Assembly: GCA_048884785.1 (NCBI GenBank)
Contig: JBHLQM010000008.1
Span: 1-29,278, forward strand
DNA length: 29,278 nucleotides
Origin: Candidatus Thorarchaeota archaeon
GTDB taxonomy: Archaea > Asgardarchaeota > Thorarchaeia > Thorarchaeales > Thorarchaeaceae
Direction of reading: 5' to 3'
Part shown: positions 8,716 through 17,366 of the stretch, piece after piece
Numbering within the stretch: position 1 is the first letter of the stretch
How the letters are laid out: each line of letters opens with the position of its first letter
The notes under the pieces: generated by a model
Database searches by the model: none
What the model was told of the DNA's origin: nothing
The model's input: only the letters and a program-made list of their open reading frames with translations
Translations under genes and position numbers: made by a program

Positions 8716-9591
8716 CTAGATGCCCAGTATATCACTGATTGGATTCAGCGATACTCTGTTCAGTTCAAAGCCCAACATCTCCCGATCCAAGTCCATTGCG
8801 GCGCCAAGGACCTGAGTGACAAACAGTGCAGGCAGCTCCAAGGACGATCCATCATCGTCCTTCAGGCCAAGAACCTGAACATCGAATTGAGTATGACATG
8901 CGGGACAGTTTGTGACCACGCAATTCGCACCAGCATCCTTCGCAGATCTATTCTTCTCACTTATGATTCTGGTAGCAATCTCTTCACTCGCAATTAGTAG
9001 AGGTGAACCACAGCACCTAAGCTTGAGGTTCCATGGGATGCTCTTTGCTCCAGCTAGTTCGAGAAGTTCATCCACCTTTCGGGGAAGTTCTGGATCATCA
9101 AAGCCAGCGACGTTAGACGGCCGAAGCAGGTGGCAGCCCGGATGAAAAGCAATCTTCAGTCCATTCAGAGGATTGACAATACGCTCTTTTATCTCCTCTC
9201 TCATATCATAGAGTACTTCAACAAAGTGACGTACTTTGGATTTGCCAGTATATTCGAGACCGACTTGTTTGAGTGTTTTATTAACCGCAGCCCTTTGCTC
9301 TTTATTCTCGTGGAGAATATGGTCTGTGTCTTTCAGACTACCGAAGCATCCATTGCAGGGTGTGACAATATCATGACCTCTACTCTCAGCTAGTGCGATA
9401 TTTCGACCAGATAATGAGAGCCAGCTAGTTGTATCAATTGATTTCAAAACAACTGTGCCGCAACAAGAGGCCCCATCAAAATCGATGAGTTCTATTCCAA
9501 GCTCCTTTGCGACCAGACGCATGGATGCTTCATAATTATTGAAACGGTTTGGTATTGCACATCCCAGAAAGACTTCGTATGACTGTGTCAT
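8716..9591 (-). CDS. hdrB: Heterodisulfide reductase subunit B (HdrB1, divergent type)
   Basis: Two CCG domains: FLGC..SCCG..PCNGC and HPGCH..RCCG..NCPAC; last gene of the hdrA2-C1-B1 operon. Confidence 0.93.
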   Translation of the reverse strand: MTQSYEVFLGCAIPNRFNNYEASMRLVAKELGIELIDFDGASCCGTVVLKSIDTTSWLSLSGRNIALAESRGHDIVTPCNGCFGSLKDTDHILHENKEQRAAVNKTLKQVGLEYTGKSKVRHFVEVLYDMREEIKERIVNPLNGLKIAFHPGCHLLRPSNVAGFDDPELPRKVDELLELAGAKSIPWNLKLRCCGSPLLIASEEIATRIISEKNRSAKDAGANCVVTNCPACHTQFDVQVLGLKDDDGSSLELPALFVTQVLGAAMDLDREMLGFELNRVSLNPISDILGI

Positions 9592-9594
9592 GTA

Positions 9595-10110
9595 TTAGCC
9601 CTCCTCCAGCTTCATAAGACCAGTCCGGTCCAGAACCTTTTGAGTGTCTTTGACATTCAGTTCGGGCACATCTCCTAGTTCCAAATCCTCTCGTTCCCAT
9701 TCAGTAGGGGGATACAAGCGGCCTGTATCATAGAGACTTTGTCTTGCTGAGAGATACCCTGGAGGCACTATCCCTTGTGCAAAAGCGATGTTCTTCAAAC
9801 CAAAGAGAATGTCTGTAATATCGATGCCTTGAGGACAACGTTCCTGACATGTATAGCATGTGGTGCAAAGCCAGACCATATCGGTCTCTAGGGCCTCTCT
9901 AAGCCCAAACAGAAGCATCCTCATGACTTCGTGAATTTGGATATTCACTTTATCACTCACTGGGCACCCAGCTGAGCATTTCGCACACTGAAAACAAGCT
10001 GTTAAATCCTGACCACCAAGCAGTTCAGAAGTCTGCTTTGTAAACTCTGGATCGAAAGCCTCGAATTTCTTTCCTTCAAATGATTTGAACTTACCCCATG
10101 TTTCAGTCAC
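9595..10110 (-). CDS. hdrC: Heterodisulfide reductase subunit C (HdrC1)
   Basis: CFQCAKCSAGCP and WLCTTCYTCQERCP; GTG start 2 nt after the hdrA2 stop. Confidence 0.92.
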   Translation of the reverse strand: MTETWGKFKSFEGKKFEAFDPEFTKQTSELLGGQDLTACFQCAKCSAGCPVSDKVNIQIHEVMRMLLFGLREALETDMVWLCTTCYTCQERCPQGIDITDILFGLKNIAFAQGIVPPGYLSARQSLYDTGRLYPPTEWEREDLELGDVPELNVKDTQKVLDRTGLMKLEEG

Positions 10111-10112
10111 TA

Positions 10113-13100
10113 TTAGCGCCCCCTTGGCCTCAAAGGACTTGGTCCAAGTTTTTCTGCAAGCTCTGTGAATTCTTTCACTTTTTCAGCCCAAATCGGACCC
10201 TCACTCGCGCTGATTTGCGTGAACTGAAGCCGGTCCGATTCCAAGCCAGCTTTCTCAATGATTTTCTTTGCAATGGCAAACCTTCTTTCAAAAGACACAT
10301 TGCCATCGACATAGTGGCAATCTCCAAAGTGACAACCTGAGATCCAGACCATGTCAGCACCCATTCTGAATGCCTCAAGAATGTGTGTGACACTCACTCG
10401 TCCAGTACACATGACACGGATATCTCGAACTGTGGGAGGCTGCTGCAAACGGGATACGCCTGCAGAGTCGGCTCCAGCATATGTACACCAGTTGCACATC
10501 ACCGTCAGAATGCGGGGCTGCGATGCTGGCATATCTGTGAGCGCAGCTCGTACCTGGGATAGTATCTGATCATCAGTGAAATGCTTCATCGTGATAGCAC
10601 CTGATGGACAACCAGCAGCACATTTGCCACAACCCTGACAGAGTACAGGATTGCTTACTGCATAGTCATGACCTCCATCTCCGGGAACAACCTCGATTGC
10701 ATTATAGGCGCAATTGATCTCGCATGTTCCGCAACCCACGCAGATCTCAGGATCTACGACAGATACAATGGCCTCCGCCTTTCTTATCCCTCGAATGAGT
10801 GGCACCAAGGCACGTGAAGCTGCAGCCTGACCTTGTGCAATCGATTCCATGATGCTCTTTGGTGCAGTGGCGGCTCCGGCCACATAAACACCATCTGTCT
10901 GGAAATCAACTGGTCTTAGCTTAGGATGAGCCTCCATGAAGAATCCAGATAGGTTCAGAGGTATCTTGAATAGCTCAGATATTTGCTTGTTCTCACGAGG
11001 GACCATAGCAGTAGCAAGTATTGCATGGTCAACATGGATAAGTAGGTCAGAACCGAGAACCTGGTCCCTAACTTTAATGCTGATTGCCTTTTCCTTCCCC
11101 TTCTTTACTTCTGGAGGAGAGTCCTTATCGAATCTCACAAAGATGACGCCCTTCTTTCTGGCTTCACGATACATATCCTCAGCTTCATAGAAGACTCGTA
11201 GATCTCGATAAAAGTGAAATATGCGAGAGTTTGGATGTTTTTCGAGTAGCTCCAGCGTGTGTTCAAGTGCAACACCGCAGCAAATTCCAGAGCACCAAGT
11301 TCGGGACTTTTCCAGAGACTCGTCCTCGCGAGAACCTGCACAATGAATCATTGCAAAGGTTTCTCCATCTGCGAACCCCTCGCTAGAAACAAGTCGGTTA
11401 TTAAACTCAGGAATTGTCATGACCTCAGGTATCTGGTGCAGACCGTACAGACCTTTTTCCGCAAGTGCTTCTGCACCTGTGGCTACGATAGCAACGCCAA
11501 CCTTGAGAGTTTCTTCATCTGAACCAGCCTTGATAACAACTTCAAAATCACCTATCGAACCCTTTGCTTCGGTGACCTGTGAGTTCAATCTGAGGTCTAT
11601 GTTGGGATTCTTCCTTACGCGGCCAGCATATTCTTCAACGATTTCTGAGGCGGGGCGATGATCCGAATTCACAGTCACAAGTTCATTAAGGAAACCACCA
11701 ACCTTCTCTTGTTGTTCAACAAGAGTTACTTTGAAGCCCTTCTGAGCAATGACATCTGCTGCTGCCATTCCTGCAACTCCTGCTCCAATCACCAATGCTG
11801 ATGGTTCAATTTGTGTCACTGCCTCTTCCTGAGCCTCGAGAAGCTTGGCTCTCGCAACAGACATTCGAAGAAGATCCATCGCTTTTGAGGTGGCTTCGTC
11901 TTTTTCTGCCTGATGTACCCAAGAGCAATGTTCACGAATGTTAGCAAGTTCGAACAGGTATTTGTTTAGGCCAGCCTCTTCAATTGTTGACCTGAAAAGC
12001 GGCTCATGTGTTCGGGGGGTACAAGATGCAACAACGACTCGATTAAGGTTGTGTTCTTTGATTGCTTCTTTAATCACTTCTTGTGCGTCTGAGGAACACG
12101 AATACAATAAATTCTCCGCATAGACTACATTGGGGAGTGTCTTGGCATAATCAGTGACCTCAGCAACATCCACAGTACCGGCAATATTTATTCCGCATGA
12201 ACAGACAATTACCCCGATTCTTGGTTCGGCAGCCATGAGCTCCAAATCAGCCTCAGTCAATGCCTCTCCTTCTTCGGGCTTGGAAATCACGATATCTAAT
12301 GCAGCCAAGCCTGCAGCTGCACTTCCTTGAGCAACACTATCAGGAATATCCTTGGGCATATGACATGCACCACAGAGATGAATTCCTGGAATGTTTGTTG
12401 TTGACATGACAAGAGTGTCACTCTGCCCTGCAACGAATCCATAGGAGTCAGTTTGGATGCCAATCGCTTCAAATAGGTCTGACTGCTTTGTTGGCACCAT
12501 TGCCGGGCATAGCACAACAAGATCATATCTATCTTGTAATACCTCATGTCCCTTTGCATTGCTATGGCGAATTAGCAAGTCGCGAGTGGTAGCATCCTCC
12601 ATGATCTCACTTGGCAGCCCTTTTACATAGTTGATGTCGTACTCGGTTTCACCTCGAACAAGAAATTCCTCAAACCCTTTTCCAAAGACTCGCATATCAT
12701 TATAGAGAATATCAATGTGCACCTCAGGCGTATGCTCTTTGGTGATAATTGCCTCTTTGGTGGCATAGGTACAACATATCTTCGAACAATAGGCACAATG
12801 GTTTACATCCCTTGACCCCACACATTGAATGAAGGCAATTCTATGTGGTTCACGTCCATCTGATGGACGCATTACGACTCCACTTGTCGGGCCGCTGGCG
12901 GAAACCATTCTTTCATACTCTAAGGCGCTGACCACATTGGAAAAGCGGCCGTATCCATATTCAGGTATAGTTGATGGATCCAGTAAATCATAGCCAGTAG
13001 CGATGATAATTGACCCCGCATTAATCATGAAGGTTTCATCAGGCATATCAAAGTCAATCGCCTCAGCCTTGCAAGTATTCTTGCACATCATGCACTCAAT

Positions 13101-13568
13101 GCAATTCTCAATGTCAATTGTGGCGATATTCGGGACTGCCTGAGGAAATGGAATATATGACGCTTTTCGCATCTTCAAACTCTGATCATATTCATTTGGC
13201 ACCTCAATTGGGCAAACTCGCTGGCAATCACCACATCCCGTACATTTCTCAGCACTAACCCGTCGAGTACGTTTTAGTACCTTGACCATGAAGTCACCCT
13301 GATTTCCAGTTATTTCTTTGACCTCAGAGTAAGCGAGAATCTCGATGTTCGGGTGGCGCGAACAATCAACCATCCATGGACCTTGAATACACATTGAGCA
13401 GTCCAAAGTCGGAAAGGTCTTGTCTAGTTGGCTCATGTGCCCACCAATTGATGGAAGCCTTTCCACCATGTAGACTCTGGCGCCCATATCTGCAAGGTCC
13501 AGGGCAGCTCGCATGCCTGCAATTCCTGCACCAATTATGACGACCGGCTTAGTTTGAGACTCTGCCAT
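10113..13568 (-). CDS. hdrA: Double-FAD HdrA fused to a C-terminal MvhD/FlpD [2Fe-2S] domain (HdrA2-MvhD)
   Basis: IIGAGIAG; LDKTFPTLDCSMC; inserted 2x[4Fe-4S]; QCVGSR..YCSKICC; RIGVIVCSCG; second FAD motif VIGAGVAG; C-terminal ferredoxin; MvhD motifs MCNWCTYAGAD, IRVMCTGRV, GCHFGDCHY, ISASEG. Start moved to ATG 13568 (GGAG upstream). Confidence 0.95.
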   Translation of the reverse strand: MAESQTKPVVIIGAGIAGMRAALDLADMGARVYMVERLPSIGGHMSQLDKTFPTLDCSMCIQGPWMVDCSRHPNIEILAYSEVKEITGNQGDFMVKVLKRTRRVSAEKCTGCGDCQRVCPIEVPNEYDQSLKMRKASYIPFPQAVPNIATIDIENCIECMMCKNTCKAEAIDFDMPDETFMINAGSIIIATGYDLLDPSTIPEYGYGRFSNVVSALEYERMVSASGPTSGVVMRPSDGREPHRIAFIQCVGSRDVNHCAYCSKICCTYATKEAIITKEHTPEVHIDILYNDMRVFGKGFEEFLVRGETEYDINYVKGLPSEIMEDATTRDLLIRHSNAKGHEVLQDRYDLVVLCPAMVPTKQSDLFEAIGIQTDSYGFVAGQSDTLVMSTTNIPGIHLCGACHMPKDIPDSVAQGSAAAGLAALDIVISKPEEGEALTEADLELMAAEPRIGVIVCSCGINIAGTVDVAEVTDYAKTLPNVVYAENLLYSCSSDAQEVIKEAIKEHNLNRVVVASCTPRTHEPLFRSTIEEAGLNKYLFELANIREHCSWVHQAEKDEATSKAMDLLRMSVARAKLLEAQEEAVTQIEPSALVIGAGVAGMAAADVIAQKGFKVTLVEQQEKVGGFLNELVTVNSDHRPASEIVEEYAGRVRKNPNIDLRLNSQVTEAKGSIGDFEVVIKAGSDEETLKVGVAIVATGAEALAEKGLYGLHQIPEVMTIPEFNNRLVSSEGFADGETFAMIHCAGSREDESLEKSRTWCSGICCGVALEHTLELLEKHPNSRIFHFYRDLRVFYEAEDMYREARKKGVIFVRFDKDSPPEVKKGKEKAISIKVRDQVLGSDLLIHVDHAILATAMVPRENKQISELFKIPLNLSGFFMEAHPKLRPVDFQTDGVYVAGAATAPKSIMESIAQGQAAASRALVPLIRGIRKAEAIVSVVDPEICVGCGTCEINCAYNAIEVVPGDGGHDYAVSNPVLCQGCGKCAAGCPSGAITMKHFTDDQILSQVRAALTDMPASQPRILTVMCNWCTYAGADSAGVSRLQQPPTVRDIRVMCTGRVSVTHILEAFRMGADMVWISGCHFGDCHYVDGNVSFERRFAIAKKIIEKAGLESDRLQFTQISASEGPIWAEKVKEFTELAEKLGPSPLRPRGR

Positions 13569-13619
13569 TGTAGTCCTATCTCCGGAGTGGATAGAAAACG
13601 GGTCAAGTTGGGCGATAAA

Positions 13620-13657
13620 ATGTTTGCTGTTGGTCAACGAGTGATTGGAGCAAACAT
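13620..13657. repeat. Perfect 9-bp inverted repeat ATGTTTGCT-N20-AGCAAACAT in the hdrA2/radical SAM divergent region
   Basis: Arms at 13620-13628 and 13649-13657. Confidence 0.6.
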
Positions 13658-13731
13658 ATTGAGGCAGAATTGTGTCAATTTCTTTATAGGAAAGAACCAG
13701 ACCAAAGTAAGTAGGCTTGGTGAACGGAATA

Positions 13732-14841
13732 ATGGAATACTGGGGTTTTGAGCTTGGTCCAATTAGGCCACCAAGTGAGGCATATAGTCTTCTCATACGC
13801 GTTACGAGAAACTGTCACTGGAATCGCTGTACTTTCTGCCCAGTATACAAGGATTCAGATTTCTCAAGGCGACCAGTAGACCATGTCAAAAAAGACATCG
13901 ACTCCATCTCAAGGTATCTTGAACTTCTAAGCAGCGTACATTCCGAGGAGGAGATCATGGCAATAGGTATGCGGATGGAATCTGTTGACCCCATAGCGTA
14001 CAGATCCGCTCTTCTCTGGTTTCGGAATGGTATGAGATCAGTATTCCTTCAGGATGCAGATAGTTTAATCATTCCACCGTCTGACATCGTTGAGATACTC
14101 GACTATCTTCGAGAGAAGTTTCCATCTATTGAACGAGTCACATCATATGCACGTTCAAGTACCGTTGCCAAAATCAAACATGAAGACCTTAGAGCCATTG
14201 AAGAGGCGGGTCTCAATAGGTTGCATATTGGCATTGAATCTGGCTCTGACGAAGTCCTGAAGAGAGTAAAAAAAGGTGCGACAAAAAAGATACACATTGA
14301 TGCAGGACGCAAAGTGAAAGATGTGGGGATTGAACTCTCAGAGTATGTGATGCCAGGATTAGGAGGAGTGAAATTCTCTGAAGATCATGCATTGCAAACA
14401 GCCGATGCCCTCAATCAAATTAACCCAGACTTCGTTCGGCTTCGGCACTTTTCACTACCAGAAGGAAGAACAGTATTTGAAGAATTCGAGAGATGTAGCG
14501 ACATTGATGTGGTTCGGGAACTCCGTCTATTCGTCGAACATCTTGAGGTAACAGGAACGCGCATCATCAGTGACCATATGCTAAATCTTCTTCCAGAAAT
14601 CGATGGTCAGCTTCCTAATGATAAAGCTAAGATTCTAAATATCATTGATCAGTTTTTGGAACTAAAGCCAATGGCTCAAATACTTTACCAGTTGGGCCGA
14701 AGAATTGGTATCCTGCAGGGATTGAGGGACTTGAACGACCAGGAGAAGATGTCTAGAGTGAAGAGAATCTACGATTCGCAAGGTGTAACACCGGAAAACA
14801 TCAATGAGATAACCAATCAGTTAATGCAGCGCTTCATATGA
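13732..14841 (+). CDS. Radical SAM protein (IRPPSEA..CxxxxCxxC family)
   Basis: GPIRPPSEAYSLLIRVTRNCHWNRCTFC, VFLQDAD, LHIGIESGSDEVL, YVMPGLGG, SDH; ATG 13732 after GGTGA (13719-13723); TTTATA at 13683-13688. Confidence 0.88.
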   Translation: MEYWGFELGPIRPPSEAYSLLIRVTRNCHWNRCTFCPVYKDSDFSRRPVDHVKKDIDSISRYLELLSSVHSEEEIMAIGMRMESVDPIAYRSALLWFRNGMRSVFLQDADSLIIPPSDIVEILDYLREKFPSIERVTSYARSSTVAKIKHEDLRAIEEAGLNRLHIGIESGSDEVLKRVKKGATKKIHIDAGRKVKDVGIELSEYVMPGLGGVKFSEDHALQTADALNQINPDFVRLRHFSLPEGRTVFEEFERCSDIDVVRELRLFVEHLEVTGTRIISDHMLNLLPEIDGQLPNDKAKILNIIDQFLELKPMAQILYQLGRRIGILQGLRDLNDQEKMSRVKRIYDSQGVTPENINEITNQLMQRFI

Positions 14842-14862
14842 GTGCAAGTGATTATCCGATGC

Positions 14863-15387
14863 CTATTCTCTAAACAATTCCATATAATTTGTATCAACAT
14901 AACCCCCGTTGATGTAGTATTTTCCATGAGCTGTGCCATAGACTTTGAAACCAAGTTTCTCATAGACGCGTTGTGCGCGAGGATTATGCGAGTGCACGCT
15001 CAACTCGATTCGTCGGAGATTCAAGTGTGTCCAACCAAAATCAATTAGTAGCTGCAAAGCCTCTGTCCCTAAACCCTGATTCCAGTCCTTTTCTGCATAG
15101 ATTGCTATTCCTAGTCCACATGATCGTGAGAGCCAATCAACATCATGTAATGCACAAGAGCCGATTATATCTCCGTGAGGGATTTTCTCAATGGCGAAAT
15201 TGAATCCTCTCCGATTCTTCATCTGCTCTTCGGCTGTCTGAATCCACTCTCTCTCAGCATTTCGTGTCATTGGGATATATCCGCCAAGGAAGAGTCTCAT
15301 CTCGGGATTATTCCAATGTTCTACAATGTAATCCAGGTGCTTCTCCTCTTCCAAGGGGACAAGTCGAGCTTTTTCTCCCACGAGCAT
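14863..15387 (-). CDS. GNAT N-acetyltransferase, RimJ/RimL family
   Basis: WNQGLGTEA acetyl-CoA motif, LRRIELSV..HNPRAQRVYEKLGF. Confidence 0.9.
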   Translation of the reverse strand: MLVGEKARLVPLEEEKHLDYIVEHWNNPEMRLFLGGYIPMTRNAEREWIQTAEEQMKNRRGFNFAIEKIPHGDIIGSCALHDVDWLSRSCGLGIAIYAEKDWNQGLGTEALQLLIDFGWTHLNLRRIELSVHSHNPRAQRVYEKLGFKVYGTAHGKYYINGGYVDTNYMELFRE

Positions 15388-15632
15388 TATTAATCCTCAT
15401 TTCTAGAACCATGATTTCAAATTTGAGTCTTAAGGAGAACCTCTGTTCGTAATCCTGAGCATCACTCTTCAACAGATGTAAAGCTTAACACATTCTTTAT
15501 CGAAGAAAGCGACTTTCACGCCTTGAATCGCAGACATGGTCACTTTTTCGACAGCCATTGGCGCGAACTTGGAACTATTCTACAATCAAAAACTGTGGAA
15601 GTTATATATTACTAGCATAACACACAGGTGAT

Positions 15633-15758
15633 ATGAAGGCTGCCAGACTCTACACGCGAGCATACCTGACTCGTATCAGGTCTCGGGAGGATGCTCTGCA
15701 ATTGGACGATCTCAGCCAGATTGTGGTTCGAATAAAGCCACGGGCTCATGCAGAGTAG
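15633..15758 (+). CDS. Putative 41-aa small protein MKAARLYTRAYLTRIRSREDALQLDDLSQIVVRIKPRAHAE (below the ORF-track length range)
   Basis: TTATATAT at 15602-15609, AGGTGAT immediately before the ATG, TAG at 15756-15758, weak hairpin plus pyrimidine tract at ~15782-15808; sits in an otherwise empty ~580-bp gap. Confidence 0.55.
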   Translation: MKAARLYTRAYLTRIRSREDALQLDDLSQIVVRIKPRAHAE

Positions 15759-15970
15759 TTCTCAATCATCTTTCAATTCTCAGGGTGAACAAAGCCCTTT
15801 CTCTTTCTGAACAGTAAATAATTGTATATTATACTTCATTGAAGTGTTCCGAACCATCATATTATCCATAAAAAGAAAAAAAGGATTATGCGAGTCGAAC
15901 GGGATCTCAATTTAGAACTGTTCTTAATGTTCATTATATATAGAAAGTGCAAGTAGCACTTGGTGATTCG

Positions 15971-17299
15971 ATGAAGAAGCACGCTGTGATTAGTAAAGCT
16001 CTGTTAGTTTTGCTTCTCTTTCTTTTAGTATCATCGGCAATCAATGTCAATGCTCATACACTCTCTGACGATGATGGTGACGATGATGACGATGATACCA
16101 CAACTGAAGATGAGAATGAAGATGATGAACATGAACCTGAACATGAACGTGATGTTGACGGTACTGTATGGATACAGACACAAATAATGACAGTAATGTT
16201 GAGTCCCAGCACTCCATCATATCAGTATTGGTACACCGCTGATGAGAACGGTAGCCTTGCTCGTTTTCAAGTGAGCTACCTCATGGTGGTTGAATTTGAG
16301 GATTATAATGGTGATGGGGTCTATCAAATCAATGAAACCATTCAGTTCGCCCCGCTTGACGCTTTTGATTGGAATCTCCAGACTGGATCAGTCAGAGATG
16401 GGTCGGGTCGTAATATTGAGGTCTATGCATCTTATGTAAAAGGAGGACTCACTGGAGAAGATTGGGATGATGATTGGTTTGAAGATTGGATGCCGGGATA
16501 TGATGACTCCGATAATGGCGGACTCGTACTTGCAGATGGCGATGATGACGACAACAGTACGGATGATGGTGATGACGACTTTGAGGATCAGCCAATTCTA
16601 AATCTATCAGCATTTGAAGCAATGACGATGCAGTTCTATGCTCATATCTACATGAATGATTACAATGGAATAGTCGAAGACGACGAAGGAATCCAAGCCA
16701 ATTATACAATTAGTGGTGGTGTTGAACTCAAGATAGATATTGAGTTGGGCAACTTCCCCTATCTTTCCGACACATCTAAAGTGGCTGTACTGAACTACCT
16801 GAGGGAAGATATCGCATTCTCAGGCGAGAACTATTTCTTTGAAACTCATGAAGATGATGATGAGGTAGAGATTGAATCAGAGGTGGAGTGGGAAATCGAA
16901 GATGATCTTGGAGAAAAATTCCACGATAATGATGAGGATGATGATGGTCAGGATGATGCTCTTCAGGAGCTCGCACTAGTTGAGGGGTCCACAAACATCA
17001 CACGTGGATTCTATCGTTGGTTAGATAAAGCAGTTCAGACGTTACCTAATGGCTCTCAGAAGGCTGTAGACGTAGAGGCGTCCTACTGGGCTGATGGGAA
17101 TGCACTTCTACTTTTCTTGGCATATCCAAACTTTGATGGTGGCTCTCTCCTTCATGATCCATCATTAAAGCTCGAAGAAAACGCATCGCCTGTTGTCACG
17201 CCAACTGGAGTCTTAGGAATTCCTACCGAAATTCTGGCAGGTGCAATCCTAGGAACCGTAGTGCTTGCTCTAATAGTCGTGGCAATCAGAAGACGCTGA
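15971..17299 (+). CDS. Highly acidic secreted protein with C-terminal membrane anchor
   Basis: GGTGA RBS at 15962-15966; signal peptide ending INVNA; Asp-rich tracts; FEDYNGDG loop; LHDPSL motif; TM helix followed by RRR. Confidence 0.88.
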   Translation: MKKHAVISKALLVLLLFLLVSSAINVNAHTLSDDDGDDDDDDTTTEDENEDDEHEPEHERDVDGTVWIQTQIMTVMLSPSTPSYQYWYTADENGSLARFQVSYLMVVEFEDYNGDGVYQINETIQFAPLDAFDWNLQTGSVRDGSGRNIEVYASYVKGGLTGEDWDDDWFEDWMPGYDDSDNGGLVLADGDDDDNSTDDGDDDFEDQPILNLSAFEAMTMQFYAHIYMNDYNGIVEDDEGIQANYTISGGVELKIDIELGNFPYLSDTSKVAVLNYLREDIAFSGENYFFETHEDDDEVEIESEVEWEIEDDLGEKFHDNDEDDDGQDDALQELALVEGSTNITRGFYRWLDKAVQTLPNGSQKAVDVEASYWADGNALLLFLAYPNFDGGSLLHDPSLKLEENASPVVTPTGVLGIPTEILAGAILGTVVLALIVVAIRRR

Positions 17300-17308
17300 A
17301 TTCGTTCT

Positions 17309-17337
17309 TAGGGGGTCTTGCGCCCCCTACCATTTTA
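17309..17337 (+). terminator. Stem-loop terminator-like element
   Basis: TAGGGGG-(TCTTGCG)-CCCCCTA 7-bp stem followed by CCATTTT, 10 nt after the stop codon. Confidence 0.6.
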
Positions 17338-17366
17338 TCTATAAGCATTTATCAGTTACACAATAG

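Noticed and set aside
287-13568. Selenocysteine (TGA) recoding in HdrA/MvhD, known in some archaea
   Set aside because: Both HdrA ORFs and the MvhD domain are uninterrupted, with Cys at the usual positions (ECSAC, DCSMC, VMCTG, GCHFGDC); no readthrough is needed
13569-13796. ORF-track N-terminal extensions (hdrA2 to 13796; likewise 209, 5628, 5788, 23033, 24309, 26830)
   Set aside because: They overlap divergent genes or promoters; RBS and family homology begin at downstream starts
16066-16150. GAY/GAA trinucleotide-like repeats
   Set aside because: Explained by Asp/Glu-rich coding sequence; not a CRISPR array or DNA-level repeat element
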